Positions 37,470 through 48,764 of a DNA stretch of 64,000 nucleotides are shown here, one piece after another. A program made the translations under genes and the position numbers. Numbering within the stretch: the first letter of the stretch is position 1; every line of letters starts with the position of its first letter. The notes below the pieces were generated by a model that saw only the letters and a program-made list of their open reading frames with translations, did no database searches and was not told the DNA's origin. Origin of the DNA: Iphione sp. A-MEVVRFRX5 (lineage: Eukaryota); assembly GCA_976226885.1 (NCBI GenBank), contig OZ320313.1, positions 63,798,001-63,862,000 of the forward strand, in the 5' to 3' direction.

Positions 37470-37880
37470 AAACTAGGAGTGACAGGAGAATAGCCAAAGA
37501 TGGGGGTAGCACCTGGTGAGTAGTGGGAATTTCTAGGAGTGACAGTAGGAGGGCCAAGGATAAGAGAAATACCTGACGAGGTGTGCGGACTTTTGAAAGC
37601 AACAGGAGGACAGCCAGGGATGGCGAAAGCACCTGAAGAGGAGTGGGGAATTCTGGATGGTCAAAGTCAAAAGAGCACCTGTAGAGGCGTGCAGACTTCT
37701 AGGAGTAACAGGAGGATGGACAGGGATGAAGGTAGCACCTGACAAGTTTGCCAAGGCTGGGGGAGCATCTGACAAGGTGTTCGAGCTTCTGAGCGAAACA
37801 GGAAGACCTCCAAGGCTAGGAGAACACCTAACAAGGTGTGGGAACTTATTTAAGCGACAAGAGGATAGCCAAGGCTAGGG
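37470..37880. repeat. Diverged ~60-bp tandem repeats related to 8400-8610
   Basis: The reverse complement gtcactcctagaaattcccactactcaccaggtgctacccccatctttggc aligns with the 8.5-kb unit. Confidence 0.65.
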
Positions 37881-38229
37881 AGAACAATGTACAACTCACT
37901 TCATGCAATATTATAGGCACCATTATAGGAAAAAGAAGAGAATGGGGGCTCTCCTCCACATTAATGAAAGAGAAAAAAAGGAATAGTTCTGGAAGCTATG
38001 CTAAAGATGCATTTAAGTTATGAAAAGTGGCAAATAATGCTGGAGGTTTTGCTAAAGATGCTTTTAATTCCTAATAACATGGCAAAGAAAGCGAGGATGG
38101 TGGGGGTGGAGGGTTTTCTCCCACATAAATAAATGTGCGAAAATATATTTTAATGAAAAGTAAAAGATCTAACCATAGTATAACTTTAACCCTGCAATGA
38201 ATGAAAGAATCACGGTACTAATTTTTCCA

Positions 38230-38295
38230 GCCCCTGTAGCCCAGTGGATAGGAGGCAGTGTGGAGACCCAGGTTCGAACCCTACTAAGACCTGTC
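38230..38295 (+). mobile_element. tRNA-like SINE head or tRNA pseudogene
   Basis: A box TAGCCCAGTGG (38237-38247) and B box GGTTCGAACCC (38271-38281), but no complete cloverleaf or anticodon arm. Confidence 0.55.
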
Positions 38296-38301
38296 TGACA
38301 C

Positions 38302-38482
38302 TTTTTTTTCAAAAATATTACAAAAATGTTTCTAGAATACGTTCTAAAACGTTTTTAGGAAATGTTCCAAGAACGTTTTCTAATCTGGTTAGGAAAACAT
38401 GCAAACCCTCATTTGAAACATTTTAAGAACATTTTAAACAACAATTTAGAGTGTTTTAAAAACATTTCTGTGTTGGGTGGGA
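38302..38482. repeat. AT-rich fold-back-like repeat built from AAAATGTTTT/AAAACGTTTT subunits
   Basis: Repeated palindromic subunits ending in gtgttgggtggg. A related copy at 48362-48545 starts cctagcaaacac. Confidence 0.55.
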
Positions 38483-39940
38483 CTCTATTTACTAATTAGT
38501 TCTAACTGGTGTGTAGTTTTGCCTCAGTCAAAAAGAAAACCTTTTATTGAGAGGACCAGTAATGGGTCTGAGGTCTAAGCATCAATGGCAAACTTCAGAA
38601 GGACATTTTCCGAAATTAGTCCAGATATCAAAATAGATATAGTGAAAACCCTCTACAGTGGACATCACCTGGACTATAGTCAAAGTGTCCTCAGTTTGGG
38701 GTGTCCACTGTTCCCAAGTATCCTTCTTCCTCTCACCAAAGTTCAGACATAATATTTCTAGGCCTGAAGTCTCTTCAAAGAGACAAGAAATCTTACCTCC
38801 TCCCGGGTGTTGGGCCAAGTTCTCGCTTCTCCCAGGTCTGATATAGTTCAAAGAGACAGAGAGATTACAGAGGGGGATACACCAATGAGCCGATCGCAGG
38901 TGGTAGAAGTAATGGGTACCACGAACATCTTTTTTGCAAATTATGACATTGTTATGAGAATCAACCAATCAGATCGCTTAAAGTTGCGACAATGTTGCAA
39001 TTATGTAAATGTGATGTTTCCGGTACCTGTTACTTCTACCGCCGGCGATCGGCTCATTATTAATGCCTGCTATTCTCCCCTCATGTGTGCTCTTTTGAGG
39101 AGAGCCCATGGGTTTCAAAAACCATAGGTAACATCGACAGAAGGGTATCAGATGCTGAAGGAACTCTGACTTTCCCTGCTCCCTGTAGACGTGGGGATCT
39201 AGTGATTTGTCCAAAATTGGAAAAAGTGGTTCTTCTACCTGGACTGTACTTTTGTGTGAATGAACTTGGCATGACTATTGAACACATACTTCACAATAGG
39301 CATGGAACCCTACCAGATCATTTTTACCTGGTGTGGGATCTCATGATTGTCTTGCAGTGGTTATAAGTCTGCACCACATCAAAACATTCCAGGACTGAAG
39401 AGCCAAACAGAGGGACTAGCTCATGCCTTGTCCTGCTATACACAATCTACTTTGCCTTTGCAGGTCCTCACAATAAATTACTCCTATATGCAGGACTGTA
39501 TCCCTTGATAGACAGTGAGGAGGAAAAGGACTGGTGAAAGAAATCATCCTTCTATTTCAAGAAAGGAACTCTTTATTTAGAATAGCATAAATATTTATTG
39601 CGGTTGTGGGCTTCATGCAGCAAAGTACACTGCATAATATTTGAGGATGCAACTCAAATTAATTTTGTTCCCATTTCAGACAGGGTTAAATCTGTGTGTA
39701 TAGAGTTAATGGTAGGTATACAAATGGGATGGTGATATTTGCAGATGAGATGGTGGAAATGGTGCCCAAGTCTTGGTTATTTGCAGATTAGAAGTTTTGC
39801 CACTGGCCCAGTAAGCTGAAAAACAGCAAGTTAAACGACGCTATCAGGAATTGCACTCCCCTCAACACAAGTGGGATACTTGCAATTTTGCAGAGTTAGT
39901 CAAGAAAACAGGTGAAGAAATGTCCCGGCATGACTGTTAA

Positions 39941-40494
39941 CCCTATCAAGGTGGCACCTGACATTACGTCATGGACTTACAGGGCAGGGTTAATTTTGAC
40001 GCTTTCCTATAGGTGGTGGCACTTTACTATTGCGTCATTTTTGTACACATGGACAATTCAGAGTGTTTTAAGGTATCCAAATTAAATTTATTCAATTGTC
40101 TAGGGGGATTAGTACAGATATACATGCATAAGGACTTTTAGAGCATAAATATGGATTTATTTTAGAATATTACTTGGAATTTGATGTCAGGAAAGCAATT
40201 TACATTGTTTGTCAGTCATTTCCTATGTAAACATAGGGAAATATGACAGTTTTGATGGGAAAATGTCATGTTCCCTTAAGAATTCATTATTTCTGTATAA
40301 AGAATGATCATTTTTCTACATTTAGTCCAAATCTCATGAAAATCCATCCATTATTTCAATGGTCATTCATTGGAGAACCACTGACAGTCAAAATAATGCC
40401 ACAAGGCATCGACCGGCATTTACATGGGAGTGCCTGAAGGCATCACCCTTCGTTCAACCAGCAATGCTTCAGGGCATCACCCACCTGGATAGGG
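39941..40494. mobile_element. piggyBac-type MITE, 554 bp
   Basis: TTAA at 39937-39940 and 40495-40498. TIRs ccctatcaaggtgg and ccacctggataggg (13 of 14 match). Confidence 0.85.
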
Positions 40495-41229
40495 TTAAGA
40501 TAAGATGAAATGTCATATAGAAGCGTGGAGGCAGGTCTTCTGAAGTTACAGAGAATTTATTTTCTGGATAGATTTTTCTGCATAAGGCAGGGGACCTTTC
40601 CTAATATGCATGTATATTTAGAATAAGTTATAATAAACTATTATAGTTAATTGGGAAATCAGTACATCATGCAATCTCCTGTGTAAACAACACAATAAAG
40701 TATTTCAATGTGGATATACAGCATCTCAGATTGAATACAACGTGAAGGCAATAAGGTTAGTTGAGGAAATCACAATTCACAAATTTTAGAATTTTTCAGG
40801 TTACTCAAACAGTCAGGGAATTAACACAGATGCATTCATTTTTTTTTATATCGGCCTGGTGATATGCTCAATAGTATGGTACAGCATTAAAAAATTGGTA
40901 GAGAGGTGCTCCTTACATTGGAAACAGCCAAAACGCAACTGTTTAGGGAGGTCGTTGGGATCATGACACAGTAGAAACTATTCAATAACATGAAGGGTAA
41001 AATCCAACAAAGGCATGTTTTTTTGCAAACATTTCTCATAAAAGGTGAGTTGACCTTTATTGGCTCCGTTATTTACAAAGGCGTTTTATTATCCACCTCG
41101 TTCTTTTCCTATCAAAGCTGTAGTATTGAATTAATTAGTCTGCCCTGTCAAGATCCTTTTTTAAAAGTAATATCAATTGTCGGTATCTCTTGACCATGCA
41201 TAAAAACGACACATTACTAACCAGTGTTT

Positions 41230-41560
41230 ACATAGCCCCTCTGAGTACCAATTAACCAATCAGAGGCCTAGCGTTACTATCTGACCAATCAGGACACAGT
41301 TCCATCAGTTGCAATAATGTATCATGTTAAAAGAATGTTTTCCACCAATGAGCACATATATTCCAGTAAGAGATACAAAGTAACCAGCTATAGAATCCTT
41401 TCCATCAATCAGAGAGTTCCCCCATATTAGGAGATATGTGATCTCTCAGTAGCCGATCACAGCTTTAATACCTTATAAAGGAGATGGGGTCATCTCCCAC
41501 CAACCACTCACAACACAGTACCACAGTAGTGGAAATTTCGATGAGGTCATCAAACTGCAC
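41230..41560 (+). promoter_or_regulatory. CCAAT cluster plus TATA box within a dispersed repeat (pLTR/LTR-like)
   Basis: CCAAT at 41248, 41256, 41285 and 41345; TATAAA at 41474. Shares gatacaaagtaac and CCAAT spacing with 59520-59640. Confidence 0.45.
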
Positions 41561-41988
41561 TCATTGACCTCAAAGTATATGTAACAGTGGCATCAGAAGC
41601 TGCACTCATTGACCCCAAGTCTTGCACTCAATGTCTCCTACTAGCAGCAGTGTTACTAAACCTAGGCTTTAGCCTACATTAATATGTTGTAATGTCCAAC
41701 CTTCCTCCTACTCAACAGACATTGAAGGTTTTTACAGGTAAGAGAGTATGTACCCTGCACACACACTTCTCACTTCTCCTTGACTGGCGTAGGAAAATGT
41801 TTTGCTGAACTGTGGTGCCATGCACACTGGTTTTACGACATCCACACCAGACATGTTGTAAGAGATATATGCACATACACATACACATACACGCACGTCA
41901 AGACTCTGATCCTCTCCCTCTATCATGCAGAAACTATTATCGCACCTGTCTATTGGAACCATTTGGGTACACGGGGTCCCTTACACTG

Positions 41989-42326
41989 CAGAGGTGTAGG
42001 AAGTATAATTAAAGTGGGGTGGCCAAGTTTGAGTCGAGGCCCAAAGGGCCGAGGTGCAGCTTATTTTTGATTTTTGATTACTAAAACTGCAATCTGAAGA
42101 GCTTTAAATTGTAAATATTTGATCTTTTTTCTTTTCTTTTATAATTTTTTTTGTGTGTTTGCTATAATCTGTATAATATTTTTTATAATATTATATTATA
42201 AAAATATTATACACACACACGCACACACAAAAAGTGGGGGGGGGGCCAAACCACATGATGGCCCCTCCACTTTCTTAAGTGGGGGGGGCCATGGCCCCCC
42301 TGGCCCCCCTGCTTCCTACACCACTG
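41989..42326. mobile_element. MITE with hAT-like TIRs and a 5-bp flanking direct repeat
   Basis: TIRs cagaggtgtaggaag and cttcctacaccactg (14 of 15 match); cactg at 41984-41988 and 42327-42331. Confidence 0.75.
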
Positions 42327-44069
42327 CACTGCCATTTGATATTTCTTGCATTTGGCTGTGGGTGGCACACAATGGGCTCATCGCTCACACCTAAAACAAC
42401 AACGTATGTTTTTTTGTGCTGAGCTTCGTTTGTGTCCTAAGTAACAGCCAATCAGCACATGGTGCATGTCAATGCACCCTCAACAAACATTCTGCATATA
42501 GCAGATCTGATGGATGGAAATATATAGCATGTTCTTTCACAAGTGCTAATAAAAAATCAAAGGCAAGAACAGGTAGGATAAAATGCTTTTGGCTATGTAT
42601 TATATATCAAGGATTGTCCTGTCAAACTTTGAGCAATTCCTGCTGAAAATCTACAAGACCATAGCTGCTTAAAGGTGGGAGTTTTAAGGCCAGATACATG
42701 GCAGCTCCTCACTGAAATATGAAGGCTGGTGGTCATGATTTCATTTTCAGCAAAGCAGCTAGTGGTAGTTGATGGTTCCTTAAAACCATCGACCATGTGC
42801 AACGCAGTTTGTAAGCATACATTCATTAGACCTTTCCAGCTGTCATAGGACAGTGTTGATCATATGTTTCCGTGTTAGACTTACTAAATCTTACCAAAAT
42901 GTCACAGGTAGAAACGTCTCTGCAAAATGATCTGCCAGATAACGTGTCCTAAGGATTCCCTCAGACAGATACATCCTTCAAAGTTAAACAGTGAAAACAA
43001 GCCAGGCTGGTCCAGAGGGAAGGCTCCATCCATAATGTGGTGTTATTTATGGAAGAAGAGGCTGTCGCTGTACAGGCAAAGTGTTAACCCAGCCAAAGAA
43101 AAAGCAGCCCTCCGGATGCCATCCAGATGTTGGTCAACCATTCATAGGCACATTTCCAAATGGGAAGATCATGAACAGTTGAAAGAACGGGTACTGCTGA
43201 TGGAACTTTTACCAAATTGTGACATTGTCTCAATTTTAAGTGATTTGATTGGCTGATTCTCATTATGATGTCACAAATGGTAAAAACATGTCGGCAGGAC
43301 CAGTTTCTTCAGCAGTTTGGTGATCCCACCATTGCATGTGTAAAGCGGAGTGACCTATGGATTACATTACCACAGTCATATTGTTTCTGTGAATAGTCTA
43401 GAATGTATTAAATTACTATTGCACAGTTTTCACGTACGGCCAACGTATTATACCTTTTTAAAGATTAAACTAATAATATGCTCATTCTACCTGTTCACTC
43501 TATTGTTTTAATTCATGTCAGTATTGTTCATTATATTCTTTCCATTTCAGTGTGTCTAGTGAACTTTTTCATGTCCTGGCATTCCTCTATAGACTGTGGG
43601 ACTGAAAGGTGGACATCCTCATTGATGTGCCAGAATATGTGATTCACTTTTCGTCCCCAGCCAGAAAACCATCTATGTCGTTCCCCAAAGAAACATGTTG
43701 ATATCAGGTATTACATATAGCGTTTATGTGAGAATGTGTGGGACTAGGGAAACTGTGGGAAAAGGGGGAATAGTAGGTCTGTGGAAGCAGGAAGTGCATG
43801 TAGGAGTAGTAGTAGTAGTAGGAAGAGTAGGTTGAGTAAAGGGATTGAATGTGTACAGAAATATGTATAAGGTAATAGAAAATATTTAATGAATGAATAA
43901 TATATGCATGAAACTGGACTGGGTGTATATCTAGCTGAGGCCCTTTCCAACAGAAATGTGAGAACCAACTTACCGTCCTTAGGGTGAAACCATTTGACTG
44001 GGAGATGAGAGATACTCATATAGAGGATAAAATGGAAATGACATTTATGAGAACTGATACAGAAATGAA

Positions 44070-44290
44070 GAATTTAAAGATGGAGACTCATACTGCTCAT
44101 ACTGGTTAATACAAAGAGAGCAAGGCATCCACAAACTTCCAGACAAAATCTGTTGACAGCTAGCCATGGACATCAATTGATTGTAAGTACTCCACAAGGT
44201 GTTGCTTACAAGAGCCATTTGACTCATGTCAAGAAATATGATCAAAACCTGACTGCTTGCCAAGAGGAAGTAGCTGATATATCTTTAACC
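44070..44290 (+). mobile_element. Gypsy integrase C-terminal fragment
   Basis: KASTNFQTK..(frameshift)..HGHQLIVSTPQGVAYKSHLTHVKKY resembles the end of Gypsy integrases (G.Q..V....G..Y.R...HVKK). Confidence 0.55.
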
Positions 44291-45149
44291 CTTCTACATC
44301 TGAATTTGTTCAGAACAAGAGACTGTAGATATATCAAATAAAGTTGGTGAAGCTAATTCCAAAAGATTTGCATGCACAGGACAGTTTACAAAAGATATCT
44401 AATAATTAAATTGGCCTAAACAGTCGTGGTAGGCGTATTTAAAAGAATTTGAAGCGCCCTTGCTGTGTTTATGCTCAGAGTGTTTTCCTATATCTTATCA
44501 TATGTAAGAAAATAATGCAAGGTTGAAAGAAGTATTGCTCTGTCATTATGTCTGTAACACTGCGTCCTGAAGAAAAAGCTTCACTTCCTGTCTAACCATG
44601 GTGTTTGTATGTACTTGATATCTCGTACATAAACCCTGAATATATAAGAACATATCATAGGGAGCCACTGACCATTACCATGTATAATTCTACTAGTGAT
44701 ATATTTCGTATACTCCCCTCAAGACCCAAATCATAAAAGTGACTTGGGATGGTATGTTTATTTCACTGTCAGATATTCTTTGAAAATAGTTTCTGTATTT
44801 CCGAGGTTTTCTTCACGAACACAAGTGCGAATTGCTTCTTGTGACAGTATATGTCGAAGTAACACACCAACGCAAGAGGTAGGATGACGGTTTCAGATGG
44901 ATTGTAATGATCCCAACGGATTTAAGTGATCCCAAAGTTTCATACACAAAAGTATATACATCTCTTATAAGAACATATAAGGCAAATAAAACGTATGGCC
45001 ATATTTCATACACAAAAGTATCTATATCTTTTATAATTATATAAAAAATCACTAACAACTGTAGCCAAGATGATAAGCACTATCCTTTATAATGACACCA
45101 AGCATATTTTAATTCTCAAATGTCAGAACGATGACTATTTAGGTATTCT

Positions 45150-45335
45150 ATATTGTTGTGATGACCTGACTCCACAACTACTGTGAAGATTAGCACTTTA
45201 TATTACAAACATTCCCGAGGGAATTGTCAAAGACATTGTTGTCAATGATATTGTTGTGATGACCTGACTCCACAACTACTGTGAAGATTAGCACATTATA
45301 ATACAAACATTCCCGAGGGAATTGTCAATGACAAT
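45150..45335. repeat. Direct repeat, period 98 bp, two copies
   Basis: atattgttgtgatgacctgactccacaac...attcccgagggaattgtcaa.gaca starts at 45150 and 45248 with few mismatches. Confidence 0.9.
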
Positions 45336-45427
45336 TTTCTTAGCTCACTGAAATATTTCTATCGAACATATTTTCCCCCGTTATCATAGTCGCTTTATAC
45401 GGTAGCTTAGTTATCGCAAGTTTCCAG

Positions 45428-45483
45428 GATCTAAGTTCACTTATCTGTCTACCCCGATCTAAGTTCACTTATCTGTCTACCCC
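45428..45483. repeat. Perfect 28-bp tandem duplication
   Basis: gatctaagttcacttatctgtctacccc occurs twice, immediately upstream of the orphan ORF. Confidence 0.95.
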
Positions 45484-45497
45484 GTCAACCGCTACCT

Positions 45498-45983
45498 ATG
45501 CCTCCACCAGTGGTTTTCCAGAGACATGGAGCAGCCAACCGCGGGCCCCCGAGACCACCAACCTTCCGACATCGCAAGAACGGTGATGCCCACAGCCAAC
45601 ATCGCCTCAAGTACGGGAACTCACCCTCAGTGTCATTCTTCGAATATATGACAACACCACGTCACAATACTGCTACACAGGTAACACCACCATCGTTCAC
45701 CACCAATACCTGCAACATGACCCCTACTCTCAACGGCACGGAGACACCTGCTGATACTGTGACTGAGCCACCACCACGGTCACCGCCAGTGACAGATGTG
45801 ATACCAGTTCTCGACTCAGTGGCCACCCCCCCAACTGCTACTGCAGGAGGGGTGGCCCACCCCTATGATCTTTCGCCAGCAACACTGGAAAGCTTCCTGA
45901 CCGTGGCCCGCCATCTGTCGCAGCAGCTATGCGACGATATCAACCTCATGCTTGATTTGAAATTCGGCAAAGGTGGCCACTAG
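45498..45983 (+). CDS. Intact 161-codon orphan ORF (basic N-terminus, Thr/Pro-rich middle, amphipathic C-terminal helix); function unknown
   Basis: ATG to TAG without disruption, in CpG-rich sequence that stands out from AT-rich flanks. No family recognised. Confidence 0.4.
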   Translation: MPPPVVFQRHGAANRGPPRPPTFRHRKNGDAHSQHRLKYGNSPSVSFFEYMTTPRHNTATQVTPPSFTTNTCNMTPTLNGTETPADTVTEPPPRSPPVTDVIPVLDSVATPPTATAGGVAHPYDLSPATLESFLTVARHLSQQLCDDINLMLDLKFGKGGH

Positions 45984-46190
45984 ACTTGTTATTCCTGTGA
46001 TATTCTGCCTGTGATTACATTTGTGATAATTATTGTATTTATTCCAGCCACACTGTGATTTAGCCCGATGTTCTTGTTGATTTATGTGGGCTCCAGACTG
46101 TTTCTCATCGTTATTATTTATTGAGGATCCATTGCCAGCCTGCATTATCCCAGTTACTCATTGACAATTTACATATATACCCACGAACTG

Positions 46191-46213
46191 CTGAGGATGA
46201 TCCCCTGGGGATC
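46191..46213 (+). ncRNA. Truncated hammerhead-ribozyme-like core (CUGAGGA plus stem II)
   Basis: CTGAGGA-T-GATCCC-CTG-GGGATC, with TATATA at 46174. The GAAA that should follow is missing here. Confidence 0.4.
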
Positions 46214-46457
46214 TCTGCTACTTTCCAATGATTGAACAAAGACTGATCTCATATGGACATTATATCTTTATTCATTAATTTACAATCAGTTTTCACTTTT
46301 TACATGATTAATACTTTATTATCACACATTTAGCCACATTTTAATCAATAGCATTACTTATATTTATCAGGTGTTGATGTTAGATACTAAACTCACTGCC
46401 AAATGCTATACTACCTTTGGGTTGCTAATGTAAACAACTTTCTTGGTTACCCAAGAG

Positions 46458-46560
46458 TATAAAAGGCTGCCTCTCTCAGCACCCAACCACTTCTTGCCTG
46501 ACGAAGGGTCGTGCAAGACCCAAAAGCTAGCAGATTGTATTGCATTCAGCTACATTAAAC
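46458..46560 (+). ncRNA. Penelope-type pLTR remnant with a minimal type I hammerhead ribozyme (probably inactivated)
   Basis: TATAAAA (46458), CTGACGA (46498-46504), stem II gggtc-gtgcaa-gaccc, then AAAA in place of GAAA (CpG-type G>A change), stem III agct...agct and a CUA cleavage triplet (46550-46552). Stem I is poor. Confidence 0.6.
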
Positions 46561-46607
46561 GAGTCTGTTGTTGAATACCAAGTTGTGGTCTTCTTTCCAA
46601 GTACACC

Positions 46608-46883
46608 TTATCTGTGATCTATAGTAGTGGCAACTCGCCTTACACGAGGCAAGATGACCAACAGGACAAAAGTTGCTGCAACTACTGCTGCTGACATGGC
46701 AAGGTCCCTGTGAGTCTTCGACATGGCGAAGAACTCAGATGCTGCTTCAAGAAGTGCAGGCAAATAAAGCGTATGGCCATATTGGTCAAGGAGTTGGAGG
46801 ACAACACCATTGGACCAGCCAAAGCCTACCTGGATTTCATACTCACCCCCACCACCACCAGCACCCAGCTCGGTTACCATGTA
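46608..46883 (-). CDS. TREH: Trehalase (GH37), terminal coding exon
   Basis: Acceptor tttcatacag, phase 0. Peptide [36 protein letters not shown]...RVATTIDHR* contains the GGGEY..Q.GFGW.NGV signature. Confidence 0.93.
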   Translation of the reverse strand, partial: YMVTELGAGGGGGEYEIQVGFGWSNGVVLQLLDQYGHTLYLPALLEAASEFFAMSKTHRDLAMSAAVVAATFVLLVILPRVRRVATTIDHR

Positions 46884-48256
46884 CTGTATGAAAAAAGACA
46901 CAGAGGTTTAAGTTTAGATTTTAAACGCTGGGATTAAGGAACAACAGTACAATACCGATCGAGTGAGAGTTGCACCGAGGTTTAAGTTTCTTCTTTGTAC
47001 CAGTATTTACGGCACATTATAGATTGCTGGTTTCCTATGTTACTTTCAAGACCTTATAGAAGTCAAATGAAAGACGGAAGTTGAAGTGCGCTTGGACCCA
47101 GGTGTTAGTCTGATCTGCCTTGCCATGCTTTATTCATGCTTTATATACAGAAAAACCAGGCATGCAACCTCATTGTGTGCAATGGAGAAATAAAACAAAA
47201 CAACCATGATCCACATCATGGAGGTAAAGTTGTTTGTACGAGTATAGTGTTTATATCAATTTAACAGATAAAGAATAAACAACTTAAATGTAAAACATTT
47301 GATGAATAAAATAGATAAAGCAAATGTTAAAATAAGAAAACCCTCTGGATACTGGTTAATGGGCAATCCTAATGGTTTCATATCTCCTTCCTACCAACAA
47401 GGTAGTATATTACATTTATCTAAGTGTAAACACAGTTGATGCCAAGTGAAAATCGCACTGTAGGCTTAGCCATCGGCCAGAAACCATCTAAAACTCAAGA
47501 AGCCATTCCAAAACATTCCAGAGGGATTTATCAGTCTCAATACATGACACAGTGTACATTGCTATGTGCAATAGATAGAGCTTTCATTTATAGTGGGCAA
47601 TCCCCATAATGGTATTAAGTGCAAATAATGAAGCTGATTATTTTGAAATAAAAATATGTATTATACAACTCATCATAACTACTATTTTGTAATATTATTT
47701 CTTAGATTATAGACCGTATTTACTCTATCTTGTGTGTGAATATATACAGTTGCTTTGGTATTAAAAACAAAACTCACTGTTATATTTATATTTCCAGATT
47801 ACACAAATTGAAAAATGTAGAATATTTTCTTAATTGTGTCATAGCGAAATGCCTTTGTACAAAAAGATTGTGTCATTCAGGAACAGAATCTTCTCTATAA
47901 TCTGCTCCTGAAGAACCCATACCCCTGTGAGGGAATCAGCTGAGACCATATCAAATTGCAAGGAACAGGCCACTGTGTGTACACAAAGAACTTCGAAACG
48001 TTAGGAAGACTTGATAAGGGAGAGAACTTTATCTCCACACCTGGATTTATTGATAAGCATTGGTTAAAACGTCTTAAGACTATGATATCTGCCTAATAAA
48101 CTATAACTTCAAGTATTTCTCACCATCCGTCTACCTCTCAGTCGTCCCTTTATCTCTGTGCAGGGGAACCCCTGTTCATGGACATCACGTAACTGCAAAC
48201 AACTCTATGGGCAAAAATACTACAAAATGGTACAAAAGCACTGTAATTTATAATTA

Positions 48257-48764
48257 CAGTCTCCCGGCCACTGCGGACACTCACCCACAGTGGACACCCA
48301 CCTGGTGGGAACCCATTTTACAGTCCCAAATGACCATTTTCATAGGGTCAGCACATGGACAACCTAGCAAACACAAAAACATTTTTAAAATGTTTTCCTA
48401 AATGTCTGGAAAATGTTTTTAAAAAACGTATTAAAAATGCTTAAGTGAATGGTCTTGAAAATGTTTTAAAGATGTTTTCTGAAAACATTTTGAAAATGTT
48501 TTTGAAAAATGTTTTCAAAACGTTTTTTTATAAACTTAATTTCAAAATTCAAAATGTAAAGATCTTTGTGGAGCAAGTTAAGCACATTTACTCACCAAAT
48601 TCACCACGTCAAGGATGATAACGCATCAAATTCACCAATTTAAGGACGTGTACTTATCAAATTCAATCCTTTTATCCCTTTTCTTCATCAAATTCACCTC
48701 TTTTTGCCTACTGTGGACACAATAGCAAAAGTGCCTCCATGTCCACTGTAGCAAGGTTCGACTG
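48257..48764. mobile_element. pogo-like MITE carrying a nested AT-rich repeat (48362-48545)
   Basis: TA|cagtctcccggccactgcggacac ... gtccactgtagcaaggttcgactg|TA, imperfect TIRs. Confidence 0.55.

Noticed and set aside
38230-38295. Functional tRNA gene
   Set aside because: A and B boxes are present, but the spacing is too short and no acceptor or anticodon stems or T-run terminator can be drawn.
45248-45356. C/D-box snoRNA (GTGATGA at 45255, CTGA at 45348, atatt/aatat terminal stem)
   Set aside because: Box C sits inside a local duplication, there is no known intronic host on this strand, and I could not identify an rRNA guide. It is kept only as a chance-level match.
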